A DNA stretch of 44,079 bases, counting the filler, from Eubacteriales bacterium (GTDB lineage: Bacteria > Bacillota > Clostridia > Oscillospirales > CAG-382), in the NCBI GenBank assembly GCA_045636665.1. It is 3 parts of 3 records of this genome, joined end to end, with 100 filler letters (N's around TTAATTAATTAA, not from the genome) between each part and the next. Parts side by side here need not be neighbours in the genome. Positions count along the whole stretch, not along the records: positions 1 to 12,624 come from JAZTXY010000133.1; 2 more parts are not named here. One strand, written 5' to 3'. Below the pieces are notes generated by a model. That model was not told where the DNA came from, did not search any database, and was given only the letters and a program-made list of their open reading frames with translations. Positions 1 through 9,901 of the stretch are shown one piece after another; the stretch's first letter is position 1; the number at the start of each line of letters is the position of its first letter. The translations under genes and the position numbers were made by a program.

Positions 1-440
1 TCAGGAGGTTCTTCCAATGTTTTTAACAATGCGTTAAATGCGCTTGTACTTAACATATGAACCTCGTCGACGATATAAACACGCTTTTTTAAAACTGATG
101 GGGGATATACAACCTCATCTCTTAAATCGCGGATATTGTCAACCTTATTGTTACTTGCAGCGTCGATTTCCAAAACGTCAGTAGCGCTTCCCGAATCAAT
201 GGCTTTACAAGAAGAACATTGATTACAAGGGTTTCCGTCTTGCGGATTTTCACAATTTACTGCTCTTGCTAAAATTTTTGCCGAAGAGGTTTTACCTGTG
301 CCTCTTGTGCCACAAAATAAATAAGCATGAGAAACTCGATTTCCTGCGCATTGCTTTTTTAAAATAGAGGTAATATGATTTTGTCCGCTAATTTCATCGA
401 AAATTTTCGGACGCCATTTTCTATATAGCGAAAGATACAT
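1..440 (-). CDS. dnaX: DNA polymerase III subunit gamma/tau (N-terminal part; runs off window edge)
   Basis: Manual translation from ATG at 440 (GGAGG upstream): MYLSLYRKWRPK...HAYLFCGTRGTGKTS...CENPQDGNPCNQCSSC...EIDAASN...IVDEVHML...NALLKTLEEPP; not in ORF track because it is open at the edge. Confidence 0.97.
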   Translation of the reverse strand, partial: MYLSLYRKWRPKIFDEISGQNHITSILKKQCAGNRVSHAYLFCGTRGTGKTSSAKILARAVNCENPQDGNPCNQCSSCKAIDSGSATDVLEIDAASNNKVDNIRDLRDEVVYPPSVLKKRVYIVDEVHMLSTSAFNALLKTLEEPP

Positions 441-477
441 TAAATTAACCTCCATAATAAAAAATTGAGATACGAAA

Positions 478-750
478 TATGACCATACATCCCATGTCGA
501 ACACTACTTCCACCCGTAAGCCGAAGACCCCTCTCAAAACAGGCACCCTTGCGGCACATCCGTATGACTGCTTAATGCTGCTTGGTTCCCCACCTGACAT
601 AATTCACAGGTACGAATTGCGCAAGGACCCGCCTCTCAACAAGGCGCTTTCGGTGCAGCGACACAAGCAGGGCCCTCGAAAGGCATTCACCCCCACTACA
701 GCGGATTGTGGGTACAAGGCACCGCTAACTCCCCGGTTAGTATGGCCATA
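478..750 (-). ncRNA. ffs: Large (Alu-domain containing) bacterial SRP RNA / scRNA
   Basis: Minus strand has a 5' Alu-like segment GGGGAGTTAGCGGTGCCTTGTACCCACAATCCGCT and the domain IV core GTCAGGTGG-GGAA-CCAAGCAGC; the ends (TATGGCCATAC / GTATGGTCATA) pair; lies upstream of dnaX like B. subtilis scr. Confidence 0.93.
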
Positions 751-770
751 TTTCATATCTCATTCGCGAT

Positions 771-799
771 ATTATATCATATTGAAAAGGCATTTTCAA
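771..799 (-). promoter_or_regulatory. SigA promoter for ffs-dnaX
   Basis: TTGAAA-17 nt-TATAAT with extended -10 TG. Confidence 0.75.
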
Positions 800-831
800 G
801 TGGTTTTTAAATAATGTTACAATGTTTTTGA

Positions 832-860
832 TTGACATTTATGTATAAATAGAGTATAAT
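832..860 (+). promoter_or_regulatory. Perfect-consensus SigA promoter for the DUF2812-hprK operon
   Basis: TTGACA (832-837), 17 nt, TATAAT (855-860); AAGGAGG RBS downstream. Confidence 0.85.
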
Positions 861-884
861 TAGTTGTTAAAGGAGGAGTCGGTT

Positions 885-1631
885 ATGGACAAGTCTGTTT
901 TTAAAGTTTTTTTCTCAAAAGACAAGGAAAATAAATGGCTGAACGAATTGGGTAAAGAGGGTTATTTGCTCGAATCCGTAAATGATTCAAAGTACAGTTT
1001 CACAAAGCATGACGATAAAATATTCTATTATTCGATCGAGAATTTGGATTGCTCTCCGCGATCTAACAGCGCAAACGAATATTACAAATCACGCGAGGAT
1101 TTAGGTGTTATACCTATACTCGCATCGGGCAATTGGGTATATTTTGTTTCGGATAAATCCGAAATTGAATGTACAGAAGAAATTTGCAAAAAGAATTCCC
1201 GAGTATATTTTTGGAGAACGCTTTATCTCTTGTTCTTTGCAATTTGCGGTTCGGTTCTTTGCGGTTATCACATGTTTATGACAGGTTATTTGCAAACAAT
1301 CGAACAAGCAGGTAACGGTCAAATCGAAATGCTTTCGACAGATGGTAATATCGCGATTTTAAATCTAATAAAATCGGGTTTTAATTACATTTTAAAGGCA
1401 TTGAACGCATATTTCAGAATTTGGACCGATATATTTGGGAAAAACGATGCTGTAGCGGTTGTTGCGGCTGTCATTCCCGTGGTTATTATTTTGCTTGTTA
1501 TTGCGTCCTTCAATATAGATTCTTATATCACCTTTAACAAAAAACGCAAGGCAATTAAAAGCGCTTTAATTGCTCAGCAGACCGAAAGCGTAACAAATGA
1601 TTCGTCGGAGGTTATTACTGATGCAGAGTAA
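885..1631 (+). CDS. DUF2812-like membrane protein
   Basis: N-terminal FFSKDKENKWLNELGKEGYLLESV resembles DUF2812; two hydrophobic TM segments; start moved to ATG 885 behind AAGGAGG. Confidence 0.7.
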   Translation: MDKSVFKVFFSKDKENKWLNELGKEGYLLESVNDSKYSFTKHDDKIFYYSIENLDCSPRSNSANEYYKSREDLGVIPILASGNWVYFVSDKSEIECTEEICKKNSRVYFWRTLYLLFFAICGSVLCGYHMFMTGYLQTIEQAGNGQIEMLSTDGNIAILNLIKSGFNYILKALNAYFRIWTDIFGKNDAVAVVAAVIPVVIILLVIASFNIDSYITFNKKRKAIKSALIAQQTESVTNDSSEVITDAE

Positions 1632-2559
1632 AAAATACAGCATAAAGCTTTCTGAAATCGTCGAAAAATATAAGCTTCAAGTCGTTTATGCGCCCGATAA
1701 TTATGATGAAATATTGGTTTACCGCTCCGATTTGAGCAGACCGGGCCTTCCTTTTACTGGCTTTTATGAGGATTTTGAAAGCGAACGTTTGCAGTTGATC
1801 GGAAATATGGAGCATAGTTATCTTGCTTCCTTAACTTCCGAACAACGCAGAGCATCGCTTAAAAAGTTTTTTTCATACAACGTTACTGCGGTTATCGTTA
1901 CTTCGTCGCTTGAGATTTTCCCCGAGTTATTAGAGGAAGCGCAGTTAAGCAACACACCCTTATTAACAACCGAATCGCTAACGTCGGATTTTATGGCGGC
2001 GGCAACCTCTGGTCTTCACGTTTCGCTGGCAGAAAGAATCACACAACACGGGGTTCTTGTTGAAGTGTACGGCGAAGGTGTATTGATTTTAGGCGATAGC
2101 GGTATCGGTAAAAGCGAAACAGCTATCGAATTGGTAAAACGCGGACACCGACTTATTGCCGATGATGCAGTTGAAATAAAAAAAGTTTCGGCTATCACGC
2201 TTGTTGGCAGTGCGCCCAATCTTATCAAACAGTACGTCGAGCTTCGCGGCATCGGCATTGTTGACGTACGACGTATTTTCGGTATGGGTTCTGTAAAAGA
2301 GTCGGAAAAAATCGACCTTATAATCAATTTTGAAAACTGGGTGCAAGGGAAGATGTATGACCGTTTCGGTCTTGAATCGGAATTTACCGAAATTCTCGGA
2401 ATTAACATTCCTTCCATAACCGTTCCCGTTAAACCCGGTCGAAATCTTGCGGTTATTATAGAAATCGCCGCAATGAACCACAGACAAAAGAAAATGGGAT
2501 TTAATACCGCTGCGGAATTTGAAGAACGTTTAAAGAAACAAGCGGGAATTTTTGATTAA
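1621..2559 (+). CDS. hprK: HPr(Ser) kinase/phosphorylase
   Basis: HGVLVEVYGEGVLILGDSGIGKSETAIELVKRGHRLIADD, ELRGIGIVDV, PVKPGRNLA; start ATG 1621 after GGAG. Confidence 0.97.
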   Translation: MQSKKYSIKLSEIVEKYKLQVVYAPDNYDEILVYRSDLSRPGLPFTGFYEDFESERLQLIGNMEHSYLASLTSEQRRASLKKFFSYNVTAVIVTSSLEIFPELLEEAQLSNTPLLTTESLTSDFMAAATSGLHVSLAERITQHGVLVEVYGEGVLILGDSGIGKSETAIELVKRGHRLIADDAVEIKKVSAITLVGSAPNLIKQYVELRGIGIVDVRRIFGMGSVKESEKIDLIINFENWVQGKMYDRFGLESEFTEILGINIPSITVPVKPGRNLAVIIEIAAMNHRQKKMGFNTAAEFEERLKKQAGIFD

Positions 2560-2577
2560 TTGAATTCGGAGGATATT

Positions 2578-3528
2578 ATGTATTATCTTGGTATAGACTT
2601 AGGCGGTATGTCGATCAAAGCAGGTATTTGCGACGACAACGGTAAAATTTTGTATTCGGATACTTGTGTAACAGTGCGCAATGAAGACGGCGACCGTATT
2701 ATGAATGATATGGCAAACCTTTGCCTTAAGGTTATTAACGATGCGGGTTTGACCGTTGAAGATATCGAATACGCAGGTATCGCATCACCCGGTAGCGCAG
2801 ATAGTGAAAAGGGCGTAATCATTTATGCGGCGACGTTGCCTTTCCTTAATTATCCTATAGCAAGCAAGCTTTCCGAAAAAACCGGTATTAAGAAGATATA
2901 TATCGATAATGACGCAAATGCGGCTGCCAAGGGCGAAGCGATCTATGGCGCTGCTAAGGGTTATAAGGATTCTTTGTTTATAACCATCGGCACAGGTGTT
3001 GGCGGCGGTATTATTATCGATGGCAAGGTTTATTCGGGATTTAATTTTTCGGGCGCCGAGCTTGGCCATATCGTCATTGTAAAAGACGGTTTGGATTGTC
3101 CTTGCGGAAGAAAGGGCTGTCTTGAAAGCTATGCTTCTGCAACCGCTCTTATCAGACAAACAAAGGAAAAAATGGAAACCAACAAAGAAAGCGCCCTTTG
3201 GAAGATTTGCGAAGGCGATATTGAAAAAGTAAACGGTAAAACCGTATTCGATGCTATGCTTTTAGGCGATGAAACCGCTAAACAGGTTTATAAGGAATAT
3301 ATCGAATACGTTGCTTGCGGTATAACAAACTTTATTAATATTTTCCAACCCGAGGTTTTAAGTATCGGCGGCGGTATTTCCAAACAAGGCGATATTCTTA
3401 TCAATCCTATCAAAGAAATCGTTGAACGTGAGCAATATTCGCGTTTCAGCGACAAAAAGACAATTATTAAAGTTGCCGAATTGCAAAATGATGCAGGTAT
3501 CATAGGCGCGGCATCGCTCGGCAAATAA
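2578..3528 (+). CDS. ROK family sugar kinase (glucokinase-like)
   Basis: GIDLGG, DNDANAAA, GTGVGGG, ELGH, CPCGRKGCLESYAS zinc motif; no N-terminal HTH; ATG 2578 after GGAGG. Confidence 0.92.
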   Translation: MYYLGIDLGGMSIKAGICDDNGKILYSDTCVTVRNEDGDRIMNDMANLCLKVINDAGLTVEDIEYAGIASPGSADSEKGVIIYAATLPFLNYPIASKLSEKTGIKKIYIDNDANAAAKGEAIYGAAKGYKDSLFITIGTGVGGGIIIDGKVYSGFNFSGAELGHIVIVKDGLDCPCGRKGCLESYASATALIRQTKEKMETNKESALWKICEGDIEKVNGKTVFDAMLLGDETAKQVYKEYIEYVACGITNFINIFQPEVLSIGGGISKQGDILINPIKEIVEREQYSRFSDKKTIIKVAELQNDAGIIGAASLGK

Positions 3529-3538
3529 CGGAGATATA

Positions 3539-5869
3539 ATGGCTTATATTTTAGAAACAGACACACAAGTTTTAAATACTATTGCGTTAAGAGGAATTGT
3601 TGTTTTTCCCGGAACCACAACAAGCTTTGAAATCGGCAGAAAAACCTCGATCAACGCACTTAAGAATGCCGAAGCGCTTGACGAACCGTTGTTTCTCGTT
3701 TCGCAACACGATGCGGCGGTAGTTTCGCCAACCGCAGGCGACCTTATGCGTGTCGGTGTTATCGCGCGCGTAATTCATTCTGCGCGTCTTAACGACGGAA
3801 GCATACAGGTTGTTGTTGAGGGCATCCGCCGCGCGGACCGCGGCGAAACGCACGTTGATGATGAATGCATAACGTGTGAGGTAATTTGCGACAAGCCCAG
3901 AAGAACCTCATCCTTTGCGCAGGAACGCATTGCTACAAAAGAATTATTTAAGGTTTTCGAGGAATATCTCAATTACGTTTCCAAGCCTACCGAAGAAATA
4001 ATTGAAGAAGTTAATAAATTACACGATTCGTCGCAAATTGTTGACTTTTTGGCAAGTAATTTCGTCGTAAACATCGATGAGAGAAAAGATCTTCTTGAAG
4101 AATACGATACAACAAAGCGAATTAAACGTCTTTGCGAAATTTTTAAGAAAGATATTGAAATTTTTAATCTCGACAGCGATATTCAGCAAAAGGTTAAATA
4201 TAATCTTACCAAGCAACAGAGAGATATGTATCTTCGTGAACAAATGCGTGCTATCAGAAGCGAGCTTGGAGAAGACGCGCATTCCGATGATATGGAAGAC
4301 GGCGATGAGTACTATTCCAAAATTAAGGATGCGAAGCTTCCCGAGGAAATTGAAGAAAAGCTTCTTTCCGAAAACGCTAAGCTCGCAAAGATGCCTTTTG
4401 GCACACCCGAAGCTACGGTTATCAGGAATTATATCGAAACTTGCTTAGAGCTTCCTTGGGGCAAAAAGAGCAACGATAGACTTGATATTGTCGATGCAAA
4501 AAAGATTCTTGACAAAGAACACGATGGCATCGAAAAGGTAAAGGAGAGAATTCTTGAATTTCTTTCCGTAAAACAGCTAAAGCCCGACCTTAAGGGTCAA
4601 ATTCTTTGCTTTGTAGGCCCTCCCGGTGTTGGTAAAACGTCGGTTGCAAAATCTATTGCAAATGCTACGAACAGAGAATTTGTGCGTATATCGCTTGGTG
4701 GTATTCGTGACGAGGCTGAAATTCGCGGTCACAGAAGAACTTATATTGGTTCAATGCCTGGTAGAATTATTAATGCTCTTAAGCTCGCAGGCACTTCAAA
4801 TCCTGTAATGCTTTTTGATGAGCTCGATAAGTTGACAAAGGATTCTCACGGTGATCCGACGAGTGCAATGCTTGAGGTTTTGGACTCCGAGCAGAATAAT
4901 GCGTTCCGTGATAATTTCCTTGAAATCCCTGTTGATCTTTCGGAATGTCTTTTTATTGCAACTGCAAATACGACCGAAACGATTCCCGCACCGTTGCTTG
5001 ACCGACTTGAGGTCATCCAAATGGACAGTTATTCCGATAAGGAAAAGCTTGCGATTGCGAAGAACCATCTTATACCGAAGCAATTAAAGCTTCACGGTCT
5101 TAAGCCGTCTGTCTGCAAAATCAAAGATGATGCTATTAAGTTGCTTATCGCGTCCTACACTCGCGAAAACGGCGTTAGAGGATTAGAACGCGAGATTGCT
5201 TCAGTATGCCGTAAGAGTGCAAAGCGTATCGTAGAAGGCGATACGAAGGTCAATGTAGGTGTAAAAGAAATTAAATCAATGCTTGGTTCACCGAAATTCA
5301 TTCCCGATAAAATTTACGATAACGATGAAGTCGGTATCGTAAACGGTCTTGCTTGGACTTATCTTGGCGGCGATATGCTTCGAATTGAATGCAGCTCGAT
5401 GAAGGGTAACGGCAAGCTTGAGCTTACAGGTCATCTCGGCGACGTTATGAAGGAAAGTGCAAAAGCGGCGGTCAGCTATATACGCAAACATTGTGACGAG
5501 CTCGGTGTTGCCGAAGATTTCTATTCAACGCGTGATATACATATCCACGTTCCCGAGGGCGCAATTCCCAAGGACGGACCTTCGGCCGGTATTACGATTG
5601 CGACCGCTTTGGTCAGCGAGCTTACCGGCAGAAGTGTTAAGCAAGAGGTTTGTATGACGGGCGAAATTACACTTACCGGCAGAGTTTTGGCAATCGGCGG
5701 ACTTAAGGAAAAATCAATGGCGGCTTTTAAAGCGAAGGCTAAAAAGGTAATTATTCCTTACGACAATTTGTCCGATATTGAAAATTTTGATGAGGAGGTT
5801 AAAAACGCACTTGAATTTATACCGGTTAAGCATATATCCAAAGTAATTTCTTATGCGTTAAATCCTTGA
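3539..5869 (+). CDS. lon: Lon (La) ATP-dependent protease
   Basis: GPPGVGKT Walker A, RGHRRTYIGSMPG, LFDELDK, catalytic PKDGPSAG and GGLKEK. Confidence 0.98.
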   Translation: MAYILETDTQVLNTIALRGIVVFPGTTTSFEIGRKTSINALKNAEALDEPLFLVSQHDAAVVSPTAGDLMRVGVIARVIHSARLNDGSIQVVVEGIRRADRGETHVDDECITCEVICDKPRRTSSFAQERIATKELFKVFEEYLNYVSKPTEEIIEEVNKLHDSSQIVDFLASNFVVNIDERKDLLEEYDTTKRIKRLCEIFKKDIEIFNLDSDIQQKVKYNLTKQQRDMYLREQMRAIRSELGEDAHSDDMEDGDEYYSKIKDAKLPEEIEEKLLSENAKLAKMPFGTPEATVIRNYIETCLELPWGKKSNDRLDIVDAKKILDKEHDGIEKVKERILEFLSVKQLKPDLKGQILCFVGPPGVGKTSVAKSIANATNREFVRISLGGIRDEAEIRGHRRTYIGSMPGRIINALKLAGTSNPVMLFDELDKLTKDSHGDPTSAMLEVLDSEQNNAFRDNFLEIPVDLSECLFIATANTTETIPAPLLDRLEVIQMDSYSDKEKLAIAKNHLIPKQLKLHGLKPSVCKIKDDAIKLLIASYTRENGVRGLEREIASVCRKSAKRIVEGDTKVNVGVKEIKSMLGSPKFIPDKIYDNDEVGIVNGLAWTYLGGDMLRIECSSMKGNGKLELTGHLGDVMKESAKAAVSYIRKHCDELGVAEDFYSTRDIHIHVPEGAIPKDGPSAGITIATALVSELTGRSVKQEVCMTGEITLTGRVLAIGGLKEKSMAAFKAKAKKVIIPYDNLSDIENFDEEVKNALEFIPVKHISKVISYALNP

Positions 5870-5871
5870 TC

Positions 5872-6498
5872 ATGGAAATGTCATTCGGTGGAGTTAATCT
5901 CCATAAAACTGATTTAAAAATGACCGCAGGACTACCTTGGCAGCTTATAAAAGGCGGTGTGCCTCAGGTTGCTTTTGTCGGAAGATCCAACGTCGGCAAA
6001 AGCTCGCTTATAAACTCGCTTTTGGGCAGAAAAAAGCTCGCGCGTGTGTCTTCAGAACCCGGTAAGACCATTACCGTTAACTATTATGAGGTTGATAAGA
6101 AATTGTGTCTTGTTGACCTTCCGGGTTATGGTTTTGCAAGACGAGCAAAGAGCGATATCGGAAAATGGTCATCGCTTACAGAAAACTATTTTGTTGACAA
6201 CACTGCGCTGACTTACGTATTGCAGCTTATAGATATTCGTGTCGGTATTACCGAGGACGATAAAATGATGCTCGGTTATCTTGATCATTACGACGTTCCT
6301 TATATGGTGGTTGCCACAAAATGCGACAAGCTTAACAAAACACAGCTTAATGAAGCTTGTGCAAAGCTTCTTTCCTCGGGAGTTTTGCGCAGCAACACCG
6401 AAGTAATCCTCTATTCCTCTTTAAAAGGCACGGGCAGAGATTTACTTTGGTCAAAAATTATTGAAAAATCACTCGGAGGGCTCGATGATCCACAGTAA
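5872..6498 (+). CDS. engB: Ribosome biogenesis GTPase EngB/YihA/YsxC
   Basis: GRSNVGKSS, PGKT, DLPGYG, TKCDK motifs; follows lon as in B. subtilis lonA-ysxC; start could be 5866, 5872 or 5878. Confidence 0.95.
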   Translation: MEMSFGGVNLHKTDLKMTAGLPWQLIKGGVPQVAFVGRSNVGKSSLINSLLGRKKLARVSSEPGKTITVNYYEVDKKLCLVDLPGYGFARRAKSDIGKWSSLTENYFVDNTALTYVLQLIDIRVGITEDDKMMLGYLDHYDVPYMVVATKCDKLNKTQLNEACAKLLSSGVLRSNTEVILYSSLKGTGRDLLWSKIIEKSLGGLDDPQ

Positions 6499-7780
6499 TA
6501 TAACGATTTTGGAAAACGGACATATTGCTTTTTCAAATACCGACGTTGTAAATCTTGCGAAAGAATACGGAACCCCTCTTTATCTTATCGACGAAAAGCG
6601 CGTTAGAGAAAATTGCACAAAATACAGAAACACCGTTGTTAAGTATTTTGGTGATGAAAGCATTCCTTTATATGCAAGTAAAGCGCTTTGCTGTAAAGAG
6701 ATTTATCGCATCGTTTCGCAAGAGGGACTCGGCACCGACGTTGTTTCCGGCGGTGAGTTGTACACTGCGTTAAGTGTTGGTTTTCCTTCTGAAAAAATTT
6801 ATTTCCACGGAAATAACAAAACAGAGGAAGAAATTATTTACGCGCTAAACAGCAATATAGGCGCATTTGTTGTTGATAATTTTGACGAGCTTATTTATTT
6901 AAATGAGCAAGCCGAAAAGTTAAACAAGGTTCAAAATATCTTATTAAGACTTTCTCCCGGAATCGATCCGCACACCCACAGAGCCGTTGTTACGGGTAAC
7001 GTCGATTCGAAATTCGGTGTTGCGATTGAAACGGGACAAGCGATTAAGTTTGTTGAAAAGGCGCTTCAATGCAAAAACATCAATTTAGAGGGAATACATT
7101 GCCATATCGGCAGTCAGATCTTCGATAAATTTCCTTTCACCGATGCCGCAACTATAATGCTTGATTTTGCGCTCGAGGTAAAGAATAAGCTGAACGTTTC
7201 CTTTAAAAAAATCAACCTTGGCGGTGGTATCGGTGTAAGATACGTTGAGGATGACCCCAATATGGATATCGACGAAATTATGGGCGAAATAAAAAACGAG
7301 TTGGATAAACTCGTTTCTGAAAGAGGTCTTGATAAGCCGATATTCCTATTTGAAATGGGACGCTTTATATGCGCAGATGCAGGTATGACGCTTTATACCG
7401 TTGGTTCGGTTAAAGAAATAGAAGGTTACAAAAAATACGTTTGTATTGACGGCGGTATGCCCGATAACCCTCGTTACGCTCTTTACGGTTCTAAATATAC
7501 TGCGCTCAATGCATCGCACGGCGACCGTGAATTTAATACAGTCGCTTCAATAGCGGGACGTTGTTGCGAAAGCGGTGATTTGATTGGGGAAGATATGAAG
7601 CTTCAGGAATTCAGCCGCGGTGATATTATGGCGGTTGCTGTAACCGGTGCATATAATTATTCTATGTCATCGAATTACAACAGAATTCCCAAACCCGCGA
7701 TGGTTTCTGTAAATGAAGGTAAGTCTAAACTTATAATAAAACGTCAAACTTACGAAGATATACTTAAAAACGAAATTTAA
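6485..7780 (+). CDS. lysA: Diaminopimelate decarboxylase
   Basis: YGTPLY, YASKA (PLP lysine), HCHIGSQI, DGGMPDNPR, GRCCESGD, TGAY; ATG 6485 after GGAGGG. Confidence 0.96.
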   Translation: MIHSNITILENGHIAFSNTDVVNLAKEYGTPLYLIDEKRVRENCTKYRNTVVKYFGDESIPLYASKALCCKEIYRIVSQEGLGTDVVSGGELYTALSVGFPSEKIYFHGNNKTEEEIIYALNSNIGAFVVDNFDELIYLNEQAEKLNKVQNILLRLSPGIDPHTHRAVVTGNVDSKFGVAIETGQAIKFVEKALQCKNINLEGIHCHIGSQIFDKFPFTDAATIMLDFALEVKNKLNVSFKKINLGGGIGVRYVEDDPNMDIDEIMGEIKNELDKLVSERGLDKPIFLFEMGRFICADAGMTLYTVGSVKEIEGYKKYVCIDGGMPDNPRYALYGSKYTALNASHGDREFNTVASIAGRCCESGDLIGEDMKLQEFSRGDIMAVAVTGAYNYSMSSNYNRIPKPAMVSVNEGKSKLIIKRQTYEDILKNEI

Positions 7781-8724
7781 AACAACGATAAAAAGCGTGG
7801 CTTTTTTGCGGTTACAGTTAAACCTTCCAAGTAACCCAAAAGCGCGCTTTTTTTACATCCTTTAAACGTTAAGGAATAAGCACAAAGGGCCTGTGATTTA
7901 TAACCCATTTCACGGTCTTTTTTGTTTACGGCATATTTGCCATCTCCTAATAAGGGATGACCGATATGAGCAAAGCTGACTCTTATTTGATGCGTTCTGC
8001 CCGTAATTAATTCAACTTCAATTAACGAAAATCGTTTATCGGCAGAAATGGCAACGGTTTTATATGCAGTAACTGCTGTTTTTGAATTTTTTGTTTGATG
8101 GTCTTTTACTTTAACAATGTTGCCGTTAGATTCTTTTTCAAGAAGCAGCTTGATATCGCCGTTTTTGGGATTTAAAACGCCGTGTACTGCCGCCAGATAG
8201 ATTTTTTTAATATAGCGTTCCTTGATAATGTCGTTCATCTCGCGTAGCGCCTGAGCGTTTTTAGCGGCAATAACAAGCCCCTCGGTATTTCTATCGATTC
8301 TGTTACAAAGGGCAGGGGCAAAGCTGTTTTCATTTTCGGGAACAAATTCGCCTTTGTTTATTAAATAAGCGGTTATCCGATCAATCAAGGTGTCGCCATC
8401 TTCGTTTGTATCGGAATGAACAAGCAGTCCCGATTCTTTATCAACTATAATTATATTTTCATCTTCATAAGCAACGTTGACTTCGGCTTTTGCTACGGAG
8501 CGCTTAGGAGCCTTTTCATCAAGAACGTCGGCAGGGGCAAAAATTCGTATAATGTCATTTTCGCAAATGATATAGTTTTCTTTTGTTCGGCTCTTGTTAA
8601 CGGTGATGTCTTTCTTACGAATTAATTTATACATCATCGAAAAAGGAAGATTCTTAAATTTTTTCGAAAGGAATTTATCCAAACGCTGACCTGCGTCATT
8701 TTTCTTCGCAACAATTTCTTTCAT
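7777..8724 (-). CDS. RluA family pseudouridine synthase with S4 domain (RluC/RluD-like)
   Basis: QRLDKFL S4 domain, CNRIDRNTEG catalytic Asp motif, TGRTHQIR, HPLLGDGKY. Confidence 0.93.
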   Translation of the reverse strand: MKEIVAKKNDAGQRLDKFLSKKFKNLPFSMMYKLIRKKDITVNKSRTKENYIICENDIIRIFAPADVLDEKAPKRSVAKAEVNVAYEDENIIIVDKESGLLVHSDTNEDGDTLIDRITAYLINKGEFVPENENSFAPALCNRIDRNTEGLVIAAKNAQALREMNDIIKERYIKKIYLAAVHGVLNPKNGDIKLLLEKESNGNIVKVKDHQTKNSKTAVTAYKTVAISADKRFSLIEVELITGRTHQIRVSFAHIGHPLLGDGKYAVNKKDREMGYKSQALCAYSLTFKGCKKSALLGYLEGLTVTAKKPRFLSLF

Positions 8725-8799
8725 AAATGCACCTCCGCATCAATCAAGAGCAAATAAAATCTATTTACACACGAATATAAACCAAAAACTCTTTTTCAT

Positions 8800-8828
8800 A
8801 TTATAACATTAATTAAATAAAAATACAA
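8800..8828 (-). promoter_or_regulatory. SigA promoter for the RluA-family gene
   Basis: TTGTAT-17 nt-TATAAT with extended TG. Confidence 0.55.
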
Positions 8829-8972
8829 TAATAAAATTCATAAAAATCAAGATGTTGATAACCTCACCGACTCAAAACACAACATACTGCGATGGTTGCG
8901 TTGGTATACATAATGCAGTTTACATAATTATATGTCATAATCTACAATTTAAATAATCTTTTCCAAAACCCC

Positions 8973-9001
8973 TTGAAATTGTTTGTATTTTGTATTATTA
9001 T
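8973..9001 (+). promoter_or_regulatory. SigA promoter for proC
   Basis: TTGAAA-17 nt-TATTAT. Confidence 0.5.
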
Positions 9002-9037
9002 ATCATATAGCACGATCCGATTTCAGAGGTACATAAT

Positions 9038-9859
9038 ATGTCAGAGTATAAAAATCTTCTTTTCATAGGCGGCGGCAATATCGCCGGAGCAGTTGCTTGC
9101 GGACTCGTTTCGAGCGGTGCTGTGCCCGCTGAAAAGATTTCGGTTTATGATATTGATAAATCAAAACTCGATAGATTTGCAAAAATCGGCATAAAAACAT
9201 ACTCGGTTTTATCCGAAGCTGTTAAGGATGTACAGTATATTTTCCTCGCTATAAAACCCGCAATTGTTAAAACCGTTATGAAGGAGCTTGCGGATTTCGA
9301 AGGTCTGCTTGATAACGTTATTGTTGTATCATTTGCCGCTTCTGTAGAAATCGGTCATATCGAAAACGCTTGCGGTAAACATATTTCTGTTATCAGAACA
9401 ATGCCCAGCACTCCCATACTCGTTGGCGAAGGAGTATTGGCGGTTTGCCGTAATGATAAGGTTACCTCTAAAGAATTTCAATTCTTTTGCAGAATGATGT
9501 CCTCGGTTGCGCACGTCAGTGTTATTACCGAAGAATTGATGAATCCTATCATTGCCGTTCACGGTTCTTCTCCTGCATACGTTTATCTTTTTGTTAAGTC
9601 GATGTTGGAAGCCGCTGTCAAGCAGGGAATTGATTCTAACGCAGCTTTGCCTTTGATACTTAAAACGATTAAAGGCTCTGTTACTATGATCGAAAAGAGC
9701 GATGTATCTATTGACGAACTCATTTCAAACGTCGCTTCTCCCAACGGTACCACTTTAGCTGCCCTTAATTCTTTTGAAAACGATGACTTTGGCGGTGCTA
9801 TTGATCGCGCTATGCAGGCTTGCACTAACCGCGCAAACGAAATTAGCAACGAGCTGTAA
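9038..9859 (+). CDS. proC: Pyrroline-5-carboxylate reductase
   Basis: FIGGGNIA Rossmann motif, LAIKP, RTMPSTP, GSSPAYVY, VASPNGTT. Confidence 0.95.
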   Translation: MSEYKNLLFIGGGNIAGAVACGLVSSGAVPAEKISVYDIDKSKLDRFAKIGIKTYSVLSEAVKDVQYIFLAIKPAIVKTVMKELADFEGLLDNVIVVSFAASVEIGHIENACGKHISVIRTMPSTPILVGEGVLAVCRNDKVTSKEFQFFCRMMSSVAHVSVITEELMNPIIAVHGSSPAYVYLFVKSMLEAAVKQGIDSNAALPLILKTIKGSVTMIEKSDVSIDELISNVASPNGTTLAALNSFENDDFGGAIDRAMQACTNRANEISNEL

Positions 9860-9901
9860 TATTATTTTGCTTGTCCGCATATCACTCTATTGGTGATGTA
9901 T

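Noticed and set aside
479..814. 111-aa plus-strand ORF
   Set aside because: Antisense to the SRP RNA and its promoter; no RBS or protein-like features.
8877..8892. NrdR-box-like ACACAACATACTGCGA
   Set aside because: Mismatch at a core position, single copy, and no ribonucleotide reductase gene adjacent.
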